A DNA stretch of 47,076 bases from Candidatus Acetothermia bacterium (GCA_046543285.1 JBKGZS010000003.1:1-47076); one strand, 5' to 3'; positions 26,242-35,566 are shown, numbered from the stretch's first letter. Made by a program: numbers and translations. Notes: generated by a model not told the origin, from the sequence alone.

Positions 26242-26682
26242 ATGGTCAAAAACAACGGTAAACGGCTTAGGATTCTGCTTGTAGAAGATGACGAGTACGA
26301 TGTCCAGCTCACTGAGCGGGCCCTTTCAAAAAGCGATGTGGACTCCGAACTCTACGTGGTCTGGGATGGAGAGGAGGCCCTGGATTTTTTGTACCAGCGG
26401 GGGGAGTTCGAAGATTCCCCTGAACCCGATCTGGTATTACTGGATCTGAAATTGCCCAAGATTGGCGGCCACGAAGTGCTTGAGAAGGTGAAGGAAGACG
26501 AAAGTCTGCGTCATATCCCGGTGATCGTTTTGACCGTTTCGGAACGCGAAGAGGATATGGTCAAGGCTTATGACAGCGGTGCCAGCAGTTACATTCACAA
26601 GCCAGTTAAGCCCGATGAGTTCGGGAAAGTCATTCAGACCGTGCAAGAGTACTGGAAAATGTCCGAACTGCCCCCCCGCTGA
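26242..26682 (+). CDS. Single-domain response regulator (Rcp1-like receiver)
   Basis: ILLVEDD, PDLVLLDLKLPK, VIVLT, YIHKP, C-terminal EYW; no output domain. Confidence 0.93.
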   Translation: MVKNNGKRLRILLVEDDEYDVQLTERALSKSDVDSELYVVWDGEEALDFLYQRGEFEDSPEPDLVLLDLKLPKIGGHEVLEKVKEDESLRHIPVIVLTVSEREEDMVKAYDSGASSYIHKPVKPDEFGKVIQTVQEYWKMSELPPR

Positions 26683-26745
26683 TTTCTTATCCCCTACCGG
26701 GCCTCAGCGGGGATTGATAGCTGCACTTCGTTCCCTGGTGATGAG

Positions 26746-26899
26746 TTTCCCTGGAGCGTTCTACCTTGCTCACCCCTCCCGGTGATGAACAAGTTTAATT
26801 AACCCACCACAATTCCTTTCTGTGTTACCAGTTTCAGATCATAATAAATCGGATCAGGATAAGAAGGGAATGCAACCAACCAAGGAACGCGCAGGATTT
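26746..26899 (-). ncRNA. Candidate structured small RNA (6S-like long irregular hairpin)
   Basis: Ends pair through three short helices; inner helix uses G-U pairs on the minus strand; GATAAT -10-like box just upstream. Family not established. Confidence 0.3.
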
Positions 26900-27032
26900 T
26901 CAAATTATCCAACGATACCCCTTCGTTGTTTTACCCGGGGAGGCGGGTATATATCCCCCGAATGACTTTCATACCTCGGTAGCTCCTGAACCTAAATCCC
27001 GCCTTCCCTCCAGCCCCTTACCAATTTGATTT

Positions 27033-27060
27033 TCCCCCTCCGGAGATCTCCGGAGGGGGA
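27033..27060. terminator. 28-bp perfect palindrome just downstream of porB, probable terminator
   Basis: TCCCCCTCCGGAGA-TCTCCGGAGGGGGA, followed by TTTATGATTT on the plus strand. Confidence 0.6.
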
Positions 27061-27089
27061 TTTATGATTTAGGAAAGTAGCTGAGCGCG

Positions 27090-28016
27090 TCAGCTAGCTT
27101 TTTTCTTAAGCTTTTCCCAATCGTGGTCGACGAGCTCTTGAACTTCCTCTACTACGTGTTGATTCTGAGGATTAAATAGGTGGGCAAACCGCTTTTGAGG
27201 TTTTAACCACTCTGATACCGGGAGTTTTTCTTTCGGTTCGTAGTTTATTTCGTAGTTGCCCTCATCGACTTCGTACAGCGGCCAATAGCAGGTATCTACT
27301 CCGGCCTGAGCGATGTTTACTGCTTCACTGGGGGGGACGCGCCAACCCAACTGACAGGTGGCGAGGACGTTTAAAAAGGCGGGTCCGTCTTTTTCCACTG
27401 CTTTCTCCACCTTGTTCGTTAAATCGGTCAGGTTGGAAATTGAGGCCTGTCCCACAAAAGGAACATCGTGAGCGGCGACTATTTCAGTTAGGTTTTTCCT
27501 CCAGTGTCTTTCGCCGTAACTCTGTTTCCCCGCCGGGGTAGTTGTGGCCGAGGCACCTTTGGGTGTTGCACTCGAGCGCTGTATTCCTGTATTCATGTAG
27601 GCTTCATTGTTTAGACAGACGTAGAGAAAGTCGTGGCCGCGTTCCAGCGCCCCTGACAGCGATTGCAGTCCGATGTCGTAAGTTCCCCCATCTCCCGCGA
27701 AAGCCACGAACTGAATTTCCTTATCGATTTTCCCTTTTCTTTTCAGCACCTGATAAGCTGATTCCACGCCACTGATCGTCGCAGCTGCATTTTCGAAGGC
27801 GTTGTGAATCCAGGGTATGTTCCATGCAGAGGTTGGGTAGCGGCTGGTCGCGACTTCCAGACAACCGGTGGCGTTTGAGGCAACCACATCGTCTTCTATA
27901 GAATTTAAAATATTGCGTACTGCTATTGGCAGGCCACATCCGGAACACAGAGAATGGCCGCTTTCGAATCGTCGTTTTTGTTCTTCTCTTTTTGCTAACG
28001 CTTTTGGGCTTGCCAT
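27090..28016 (-). CDS. porB: Pyruvate (2-oxoacid):ferredoxin oxidoreductase beta subunit
   Basis: GHSLCSGCG, NATGCLEV, TPP motif GDGGTYDIG..NNEAYMNTG. Confidence 0.92.
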   Translation of the reverse strand: MASPKALAKREEQKRRFESGHSLCSGCGLPIAVRNILNSIEDDVVASNATGCLEVATSRYPTSAWNIPWIHNAFENAAATISGVESAYQVLKRKGKIDKEIQFVAFAGDGGTYDIGLQSLSGALERGHDFLYVCLNNEAYMNTGIQRSSATPKGASATTTPAGKQSYGERHWRKNLTEIVAAHDVPFVGQASISNLTDLTNKVEKAVEKDGPAFLNVLATCQLGWRVPPSEAVNIAQAGVDTCYWPLYEVDEGNYEINYEPKEKLPVSEWLKPQKRFAHLFNPQNQHVVEEVQELVDHDWEKLKKKAS

Positions 28017-28032
28017 ATTAGTATACCTCCAG

Positions 28033-29211
28033 TTATTCCCGGACGCCTATGTATCTCATCTTCTTTTCCAGGCTTTCGTCCTTGATCTCCTTTAGGACGG
28101 CGATCAAATCATCAGTGGTGGTGTCCCTGCCGCCCAGTCCGTAGGTGTAATTGTAAAGTCTCGGGGTTGATGAGAGATCTGAGAGCGCCGAGCTTATCTC
28201 GAGATATAGGGGGCCGGCGCTGCCAAAGGACATAGAGCGGTCTAGAATTGCAACAGATTCCTTGTCCGCCAGGGCCTCTTTTATCTCTCCCCCGGGGAAA
28301 GGTCTGAACAGCCAGGGTTTCAAGAGACCCACTTTTTCGCCCTCTGCTCTTAGTTCATCGATGGCCTGTTTTGCAGTACCAGCCGTGGAACCGAGAACTA
28401 CGAGAGCTTGCTCCGCGTCCTCCATTCGGTAGTCGTCGTACAGTCCCTCATATTTTCGATCAGAAAGTTCATTAAACTCCCGCTGGACTTGGAGAAAAGT
28501 TTCGGGAACGTTTTCAATTGCGTCCACGTGCTGCCGTTTGTGCTCGAAGTAGTAGTCGGGCATATCGAATGGTCCTTGAGTAGTAGGGTTATCGGTGTCC
28601 AGCAAGGGATAAAGTGGATCGTATTCCCCTACGAAATCGGAAACGATTTCGTCGTCCAGCAGTTCTGCCACTTGCGCTGAGTGAGTAAGGGTAAAGCCGT
28701 CAAGGGTCACCATGGCCGGAAGCAGCACGTCTTGGTCTTCGGCAAGCTTTTGAGCCATAATCGTGAAATCGTAGGCTTCCTGAGCGTCTTCTCCGTAAAT
28801 CTGGATTACCCCGCTGTCCCTGGCTGCCATGGAATCGGAGTGATCACAGTGAATATTAATGGGGCCGCTTAAAGCACGGTTGCAAATCGCCATTACGATT
28901 GGGGCTCGCATTGAAGCTGCGATGTACACGATTTCCATCATCAGAGCAAGCCCTTGGGAGGCGGTTGCGGTCATTGTTCTGGCTCCCGCGGCAGCTGAAC
29001 CTACGCAGGCACTCATGGCCGAGTGTTCCGATTCCACTGTGACTACGTCCGAGTCGACTTCCCCATCTGCCACGTACTGAGCGAAGTACTCCATAATTTC
29101 AGATTGAGGAGTAATTGGGTAAGCTGCAACCACATCCGGTTCTATCTGGCGCATGGCGTTTGCTACGACTTGATGACCGGTCAAGACTTCCCGATTATCT
29201 TTGTTACTCAT
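28033..29211 (-). CDS. porA: Pyruvate (2-oxoacid):ferredoxin oxidoreductase alpha subunit
   Basis: AAYPITPQ, VESEHSAMS, TATASQGL, NRALSGPINIHCDHSD, GLGGRD. Confidence 0.93.
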   Translation of the reverse strand: MSNKDNREVLTGHQVVANAMRQIEPDVVAAYPITPQSEIMEYFAQYVADGEVDSDVVTVESEHSAMSACVGSAAAGARTMTATASQGLALMMEIVYIAASMRAPIVMAICNRALSGPINIHCDHSDSMAARDSGVIQIYGEDAQEAYDFTIMAQKLAEDQDVLLPAMVTLDGFTLTHSAQVAELLDDEIVSDFVGEYDPLYPLLDTDNPTTQGPFDMPDYYFEHKRQHVDAIENVPETFLQVQREFNELSDRKYEGLYDDYRMEDAEQALVVLGSTAGTAKQAIDELRAEGEKVGLLKPWLFRPFPGGEIKEALADKESVAILDRSMSFGSAGPLYLEISSALSDLSSTPRLYNYTYGLGGRDTTTDDLIAVLKEIKDESLEKKMRYIGVRE

Positions 29212-29506
29212 CCTCCCCTCCCTCTTCTTCTGGTTTCATGCTTATGGCGTCCACCGGGCAGATCTCGGCGCAGATTCCACATCCTTTGCAATGTTCGTAA
29301 TCTATGCCAGCAATTTCCTCTTCATCGAGGAAAAAGGCTGCATCGGGGCAATTTTGCCAACACTGGAGACATTGAATACAAGTATCTTCATCCCATATCG
29401 GACGTTCGGATCTCCAGTCGCCGGTTTTATTTAACTCCGGAGTTGCTCCTCCGGTTATAACTGCACCGATTGGAACCTCGTCGTACTTTTTCAGTTCTAT
29501 TGCCAT
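29204..29506 (-). CDS. porD: POR delta subunit, 2x[4Fe-4S] ferredoxin
   Basis: KTGDWRSERP, CIQCLQCWQNCP, CKGCGICAEICP. Confidence 0.93.
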   Translation of the reverse strand: MAIELKKYDEVPIGAVITGGATPELNKTGDWRSERPIWDEDTCIQCLQCWQNCPDAAFFLDEEEIAGIDYEHCKGCGICAEICPVDAISMKPEEEGGEDE

Positions 29507-29524
29507 AATTCCTCCTCGGGTTTA

Positions 29525-30085
29525 TTAGCTGATCTGTGATTCCAACTTCTCATATCCGGCTCGCAGTGCTTCCAGGTTTTTGGTTACTACTTCCTCCGGT
29601 AACTTTTTGGATAAAGCCGTCCTGACTTCTTCTTTGGCTATTTCGAGATCGGTTCCCAGGATGCAGGCCAGAGCACCTAAGACCGGTATATTGGCGTAAC
29701 CACTTCCCGCCTCGTCTGCGATCGTGTTAGCATCAAAGGCATAAATGGTTCCTTCAAAATCAGTTTCCCCTCTAATCGTTTCGGCATCCTTCGTGGTGTT
29801 AACTAAAAGAGTGCTTTCCTCAGTTAGCCCCTCCGTCGGATTGGCCGCTGTTAACAAAGTAGGGTCAATGACCGCGACAATATCCGGTTCATACACCCCG
29901 GAGTGAATCTGGATGTCGTCTTCGGAGACCCGATTGTAAGCTTTTATCGGTGCCCCGCTCCTCTCCGGGCCGTACTCGGGAAAAGATTGAACGAATTTTC
30001 CTTCCTCCAGGTTTATATCTGCAAGCAGCTGGGAAGCCGTTTTCGCTCCTTGTCCGCCTCTTCCATGCCATCTAATCTCCTTCAT
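29525..30085 (-). CDS. porG: POR gamma subunit
   Basis: MKEIRWHGRGGQGAKTA, SFPEYGPERSGAP; start moved to ATG 30085 (GAGGGG SD). Confidence 0.92.
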   Translation of the reverse strand: MKEIRWHGRGGQGAKTASQLLADINLEEGKFVQSFPEYGPERSGAPIKAYNRVSEDDIQIHSGVYEPDIVAVIDPTLLTAANPTEGLTEESTLLVNTTKDAETIRGETDFEGTIYAFDANTIADEAGSGYANIPVLGALACILGTDLEIAKEEVRTALSKKLPEEVVTKNLEALRAGYEKLESQIS

Positions 30086-30183
30086 AAAAACCCCCTCTGG
30101 TTGAAAGGTCATTAAAATAAGAAAAACAAATGGAATTGCTGAGATTGGATAAAGTCATAAGAAGGTTATTCTCAATCATTAAA

Positions 30184-30212
30184 ATTGTAACTTAACCCAG
30201 TAACCCAATCAA
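30184..30212 (-). promoter_or_regulatory. Putative sigma70 promoter of porGDAB
   Basis: Minus strand TTGATT-17 bp-TACAAT; the spacer carries a TAACCCA direct repeat. Confidence 0.55.
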
Positions 30213-30297
30213 CTACCATCTTTCCGGATGCACGTTGGGCTGTGGGTATTGAGTTCAAGCCGTCGGTCAGATAGTAAAAGGATAGTACGCGAGATCT

Positions 30298-30672
30298 TTA
30301 CTCCACTACTTTAAGTACCTCATCTTGCAGTTCCCCCGGCGAAACCAGATCCACATATTCTTGAGTTTCCTTTTCCAGTTTTTCTCTCGCCTGGGATTTG
30401 AACTCTTCGGGTACCACTAATAAAACGGGGATATCGTGCATTCGACAGGCAAATAATCTGTCGTCGATGGATATATGCTCCATTCCTGAAACGGGAGTCA
30501 GTTTGTGTAAATATGCAATTACCGCTGAAACACCGTCGGCAGCAGTAAGATGCGCGATATATTTTCCGTGACCGTCCGCTCCGTTGCCCAGTGGTAAAGT
30601 CTCGTGCCCCTGGGCACATAAGGTGCTCAACAAGTCAGGGTTCGTGCCTTCCATATAGCCGATCAGTGCCAT
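30298..30672 (-). CDS. Hypothetical alpha/beta protein (124 aa)
   Basis: Strong SD AAGGAGGAGG before ATG 30672; globular, acidic composition; no motif recognised. Confidence 0.7.
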   Translation of the reverse strand: MALIGYMEGTNPDLLSTLCAQGHETLPLGNGADGHGKYIAHLTAADGVSAVIAYLHKLTPVSGMEHISIDDRLFACRMHDIPVLLVVPEEFKSQAREKLEKETQEYVDLVSPGELQDEVLKVVE

Positions 30673-30908
30673 GTCGACCTCCTCCTTGATTTCTGGTGAG
30701 AGCCGAAAATCGACGTACATTAATATTGCCATCTGCCTGGATGTTTTGCAACATGTGATCAATCGGGAGAACTTAACTTGAATTTGGGAGGAGGGGGTAA
30801 AGGCTGCCGTCCCCTCTACTCGTACGGTCAGGGAGTCCTTCGTATTACGATTGTCTAACTCCTGCCCGAAGCAAGTCCTTCGCAGTACCTACCTTTGTAG
30901 CTACTCTT

Positions 30909-32645
30909 ATGACGAGTATGACTCCTTTATCCGTATTCTGGCTATCTTTGGTTGTGGTCCTTTCTACCGTTCTGCTGTTTCGTGATTTCTCAAGGGGCCT
31001 CATAACACTTGGCGTAGCCGGCGTGCCCTTGATATTATTGGTGGTCGTGGGCTTCAACTGGGCAATTATCGGCCTGGCAGCGGGTCTGGGCCTGTTGAGT
31101 GTGTCCAATCTCCCGGGTTATAAGTCAGCGATTCCTTTCGGCTCGCTCAAAGGATTGGCTCTCGTTTCTGCAGGCTTGGTTGCTTACTGGGCCGGGTTTC
31201 GAATTCAATTTGCGAGCCTGGCCTTTCAAAGCGATTACTTGTATTTCTCCTGGTTGAGCCTGCCGCTGACTTTAGGATGGCTATGGGTTATTACCCGTTC
31301 CGTGGAGTACGTTTACGGAGAACTGGGGAGAAGGAGTTGGTCCCTATTTCTGACTACGGTATTTACAGTAACCTTTGCCTTTTTAGTGCTTGTTGCAGTC
31401 CAGGCCGATCAAGGCCTTCAGCTCGGTTTGAATTTAGGTCTGGTCCTGCTGGCACTGTGTCTTGGCTTGGTATTTGTCAAAGGTGATGGCGGGGTAAGGC
31501 CTGTTTTAGCCCGTCAGCTGGGGTTCATGCTGGCAGCTCTTGCCATTTCTGGAGTCGTGAAGTCCTTGACTGCTTTCGTCTTGATTGCTCCCGTGGCCTC
31601 CCTGGTGGTACCGGTGTCCAGTAAATCCTGGGCGCTAGTCCGGGGGACTTTCGTCCAATCGGAACAACGGGATCTTTTATCCTGGATAAGCGAATACACC
31701 GGATCCAGACAGCTCAGCGTCGTAGCCATGTATTGTGGCCTTAGTTACCTTGGATTGGGGTCTGCTTGGTATATTTGGGATCCTTCTCCCATCCCTTTCA
31801 CCATCCTGGCTTCCTCCGGTTTTCTGCTGCCTTTCATGATTTGGTTGACCAGAGGAGTTGTAGAATTTCTGCAAGGGTATTCTAAAAGTATTTTCTCGAC
31901 GCCCCGGAGCGTTAGCATTTTTGGGGTACGGTTTTGTAGGACTGATCTGACCGAGACCACCGATAGATTACTGGACCTGATCTCCGGGCCGGGAACCAAG
32001 TACGTTGCCACTCCTGATGTCACTGCTGTAATGAAAGCAAAGAGCAATATGCTGCTGAGACGCGCCTTTTCCAGTGCCGATATAGTAACCCCTGATGGTA
32101 CTGGCCTGGTTTGGGCCAGTCAGGTAATGGACGCTGATTTGCCGGAGAGGGTTGCGGGGATCGATGTGTTAGCCGACCTGTTTGATTCGGCTGGAGGCCT
32201 GGAGGTCTTTCTCTTAGGCTCTCGCCGCGAAGTGGTCAAAGAAGCCGGTGCCCATATCGTCAGCTCCTATCCCGGAGTGGAGGTCGTAGGTACCCACCAT
32301 GGCTACTTTTCCAAGGGGGAGGAAGACCAACTTGTTCAGGAGATCAATCAAGTCTCGCCTGATGTGGTATTGGTAGGAATGGGTGTTCCGCGGCAGGAGC
32401 GTTGGATCTTCGATAACATGGAGGATCTCGACACGGGCCTACTCATGGGGGTAGGAGGCAGTTTCGACGTTTTATCTGGTAGGTTGCCCAGAGCCCCACA
32501 GTTGCTCCGTAAGCTGGGCCTAGAATGGTTGTACAGAATCTGGTTGGAGCCGAGTCGGCTGTGGAAAGCTCGGCTGATCCCTCTGTTTATGTCAAAGGTT
32601 GCACGGGAGAAGTTGCTGACAACTTTAAAGGACCAGGTCCTCTAA
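30909..32645 (+). CDS. WecG/TagA/CpsF glycosyltransferase fused to an N-terminal MraY/TagO-like membrane domain
   Basis: C-terminal VATPD, PDGTGLVWA, ERVAGID, HHGYF, VGMGVPRQE, GVGGSFD, GLEWLYR; N-terminal TM region resembles GT4/TagO helices. Confidence 0.85.
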   Translation: MTSMTPLSVFWLSLVVVLSTVLLFRDFSRGLITLGVAGVPLILLVVVGFNWAIIGLAAGLGLLSVSNLPGYKSAIPFGSLKGLALVSAGLVAYWAGFRIQFASLAFQSDYLYFSWLSLPLTLGWLWVITRSVEYVYGELGRRSWSLFLTTVFTVTFAFLVLVAVQADQGLQLGLNLGLVLLALCLGLVFVKGDGGVRPVLARQLGFMLAALAISGVVKSLTAFVLIAPVASLVVPVSSKSWALVRGTFVQSEQRDLLSWISEYTGSRQLSVVAMYCGLSYLGLGSAWYIWDPSPIPFTILASSGFLLPFMIWLTRGVVEFLQGYSKSIFSTPRSVSIFGVRFCRTDLTETTDRLLDLISGPGTKYVATPDVTAVMKAKSNMLLRRAFSSADIVTPDGTGLVWASQVMDADLPERVAGIDVLADLFDSAGGLEVFLLGSRREVVKEAGAHIVSSYPGVEVVGTHHGYFSKGEEDQLVQEINQVSPDVVLVGMGVPRQERWIFDNMEDLDTGLLMGVGGSFDVLSGRLPRAPQLLRKLGLEWLYRIWLEPSRLWKARLIPLFMSKVAREKLLTTLKDQVL

Positions 32646-34361
32646 TTTAAGCTGCAGACAAGTGTCATTCCAGGAATCCTCTTCCAGTTGAAAAACGAGA
32701 TTATACCTTTCTCGTTCTTTTATCTGTTCCAGGGCCCCCGCCATGTTAAAACCTATGCAATCGAAGGTTTCGGTCTCCAGTTCCAGGTCCATTTTCAGAT
32801 GATTCTTCCGCTTGCCCACCTTTCGAAGATTGCTTACCGGGGCCTCCTCGAGCAAGAAGATAGGGGGAGGGTTGCCCGGACCAAAAGGTCTCAGCTGGTT
32901 GACCTCATCCAGTAGCCTCTCTTCAATTTCGTGGGGGTTTATAATTGCATCGATTTGCTTTTTGGCCGCTTGTGGCTCGCTCTTCTCTCGATCTTTAAGT
33001 ATTTGGCTTGACCATTGGCCGATACACTCTCGGAACTGACCGACCTGGTGCGGTTCCAGCTGAAATCCGCCGGCCATTTCGTGACCTCCAAAGCGGGTGA
33101 GATAGTCAGAGCACCGCGTGAGGCCCTTAATGATGTTTAATCCCTGAACGCTTCTCACGGAGCCTTTATATCTAGGTCCGTCCCTGGTCAACACGCAGGC
33201 GGGCAAAGAATACTGGTTGGCTAATTTAGAGGCAGTTAACCCAATTATGCCCGGATTCCACTCCTCATCCTTTATGAACACTACTCCCTCCTCTTGAGGA
33301 GTGATTTTTCTATCTTCTAGTTTTTGTTTGGCCTCTTTGGTGGTTCGTTGCTGGAGATCGGAGCGATCTTCATTGTAATCTACCAGTACTTCGGCGAGAT
33401 ATTTAGCTCTGGCCGCTTGCCGGGTGGTTAACAACAGGAAGCCCACTTTTGGGTCACCCACCCTATTTGCGGCATTTAGTTTGGGGGCAATTTGAAAGCT
33501 GATAGTACGGGCCGTCAACGCTTTCTTCTTCAACCCCAATCTCTCAATTAAAGCATCCAAACCCACCGTAGGCGACCGATTGAGGGCAGTTAATCCCATT
33601 TGAACCATCCTGCGATTCTCGTCTTCACTTCCGCTTATCAGAGGCACCATGTCGCCGACGGTACCCAGGGCGGCCAGCTGTATTAAGGCCCCGTCAGTTC
33701 CAGGTTTGTCTGGAGACGAATTTTTGAGGGCCGAGGCCAATTTGTAGGACACTCCGGACCCTGCCAGGTTTCTGTTGGGGTATGTGGAGTCGGAACGTTT
33801 TGGATTTACTATCGCGGTGGCGGGGGGCAGGTCATTTCCCGGAGTATGGTGATCGGTGACTATTACGTCCACCCCGTGTTTTTGCAAATGCTCGATCTCC
33901 TTTGTTGCTTTGACCCCACAATCGGTGGTTATTAACAGTTGAAAATCTTCATCTATGATCCGGGCGGAGTTCGAAGGATCAAGGCCATGGCCGGACCCTC
34001 GGTCCCCCAGCTCAACTTTGACGCTAACTTCTTCTCGGCAGGCAATTTCGGTTAGAGTTAAGTATAATATCGCAGCACTGCAGAGACCATCAACGTCGAA
34101 ATCGCCATGAATGAATATACGCTCCCCTTTATCTAAAGCATCCTGAATGCGATCCACGGCCTGGCTCAGCCCTTTGAGTTTGTGGGGATCGTGGAGAGAG
34201 CTTGAAGAGTCACGAAATACGAGAGGGTACTCTTCGCCGAATCTACTAGCCAGTAGGCGGGCGAAGGGTTTGGAGCAGTTCAATTGGTTTTGGACTCGCT
34301 CTACCACATCCTGGTTCGGATGGGACAGAGACCATTTCCGGGATGAAATCAAGGAATTCAT
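32625..34361 (-). CDS. recJ: Single-stranded DNA exonuclease RecJ
   Basis: IHGDFDVDG, ITTDCG, VTDHH, ALGTVGD, NAANR, GSVRS, FGGH..AGG, PFGPGNP. Confidence 0.95.
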   Translation of the reverse strand: MNSLISSRKWSLSHPNQDVVERVQNQLNCSKPFARLLASRFGEEYPLVFRDSSSSLHDPHKLKGLSQAVDRIQDALDKGERIFIHGDFDVDGLCSAAILYLTLTEIACREEVSVKVELGDRGSGHGLDPSNSARIIDEDFQLLITTDCGVKATKEIEHLQKHGVDVIVTDHHTPGNDLPPATAIVNPKRSDSTYPNRNLAGSGVSYKLASALKNSSPDKPGTDGALIQLAALGTVGDMVPLISGSEDENRRMVQMGLTALNRSPTVGLDALIERLGLKKKALTARTISFQIAPKLNAANRVGDPKVGFLLLTTRQAARAKYLAEVLVDYNEDRSDLQQRTTKEAKQKLEDRKITPQEEGVVFIKDEEWNPGIIGLTASKLANQYSLPACVLTRDGPRYKGSVRSVQGLNIIKGLTRCSDYLTRFGGHEMAGGFQLEPHQVGQFRECIGQWSSQILKDREKSEPQAAKKQIDAIINPHEIEERLLDEVNQLRPFGPGNPPPIFLLEEAPVSNLRKVGKRKNHLKMDLELETETFDCIGFNMAGALEQIKERERYNLVFQLEEDSWNDTCLQLKLEDLVL

Positions 34362-35251
34362 TATTCCTTGGCCAAATATTTATCCCAGAGATAAACCACG
34401 GGAGCGGCTATGTAGATGGAGGAATAAGTTCCAACTAAAACTCCTATGAGGAGCGCCAAGGAGAAAGCCTTGAGAACTGGCCCGCCGAAAAGCACCAGGG
34501 CCAGAACGGGAACAAAGGTGGTGGCCGAAGTGCCCAGAGTGCGAGGCAAGGATTGATTGATGCTTTTGTTAATTAGCTCAAAAGTAGTTAAAGCTCTGGC
34601 ACTTCTCTTGGAGGTATTTTCTCGGATCCTGTCGAAGTAGACGATAGTATCATTCAGGGAATAACCCACAATAGTCAAAAAGGCCCCGATAGTGGGGAGA
34701 TTGATCTCCACCTGGAACAGGGAAAACAAAGCCAGAGCGATGGTCACATCGTGAACCACGGCAAGGACAGCACCGATGGCATAGCGTAGGCGAAACCGCC
34801 AACTCAGATATATTAAGATGACCACCAAAGCCAAAATCACGGCTTGCCAGCCCTTGTTCTGAAGCTCCCTACTAATTTGAGTACCTACAGACTTCCTGCT
34901 GATTCCGCCTTCAGGTATTGAGAAAGACTGATATAAGGTCTTTTCAATGTCTTCTATAGTGTCCTGGTTCTCGCTTACGTTTAGCTTGGTGGTGATCGTT
35001 TTCCAGTTTTCGCCCCGGACCTCTTGTATTTTACTGTTGGACAGCGCAGTGTCCACATCAGTTAGCTTGGAGCGAATTTCCCCGGTTGGTATTGAATCCT
35101 CAAGCTCCACGGTAAATTCCGTTCCACCCGCGAAATCGATTCCCATGTTCAAGCCTCCGAGGAAAATTAATAGCCCTCCCCCGAGGATCAGAACTATGGA
35201 GAGGCTGAGCCAGAATTTGAACTTTCCCAGCAGATCGTAGTCAAAATCCAT
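34361..35251 (-). CDS. secF: Protein translocase subunit SecF
   Basis: GLNMGIDFAGG, HDV, GYSLNDTIVYFDRIRE, GTYSSIYIA. Confidence 0.95.
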   Translation of the reverse strand: MDFDYDLLGKFKFWLSLSIVLILGGGLLIFLGGLNMGIDFAGGTEFTVELEDSIPTGEIRSKLTDVDTALSNSKIQEVRGENWKTITTKLNVSENQDTIEDIEKTLYQSFSIPEGGISRKSVGTQISRELQNKGWQAVILALVVILIYLSWRFRLRYAIGAVLAVVHDVTIALALFSLFQVEINLPTIGAFLTIVGYSLNDTIVYFDRIRENTSKRSARALTTFELINKSINQSLPRTLGTSATTFVPVLALVLFGGPVLKAFSLALLIGVLVGTYSSIYIAAPVVYLWDKYLAKE

Positions 35252-35302
35252 TCCGCCCCCTTTTCAATTCATATAGCTGGAACCCATACGAAAAATCACG
35301 AA

Positions 35303-35566
35303 TCAATCGAGATTATTAATTTGCCTCATCATTTTGGATTTAATTCGATCAGCTTTGTTCTGGTGCAATGGTCCTTTTGCAGCTGCTCGATCCGCAAATT
35401 TCATCAACTCGGGTATTTTCTCCCGGGCTTTTTTCTTTTCTTTGTTTTTAATAAGATCTTCAATCTCATTTATTTTGCGTTTAAGGGCCTGTTTACGATT
35501 TCTATTCCGCTTACGCCGTTTTTTCTCCTGGCGCATCCGTTTTTCTGATGACTGAATAGTTGGAAT
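35303..35566 (-). CDS. rpsT: 30S ribosomal protein S20, probable ATT start
   Basis: (M)PTIQSSEKRMRQ..NR..K..DRAAAKGPLHQNKADRIKS; GGAGGTG SD 7 nt before ATT at 35566. Confidence 0.9.
   Translation of the reverse strand: MPTIQSSEKRMRQEKKRRKRNRNRKQALKRKINEIEDLIKNKEKKKAREKIPELMKFADRAAAKGPLHQNKADRIKSKMMRQINNLD

Noticed and set aside
26870-26965. 31-codon ORF MQPTKERAGF... in the structured gap
   Set aside because: The purine-rich run abuts the ATG with no SD spacing, and there is no recognisable homology.
32625-32645. 21-bp tail-to-tail overlap of the TagA fusion and recJ
   Set aside because: Short convergent overlaps are common; no sign of extra function.
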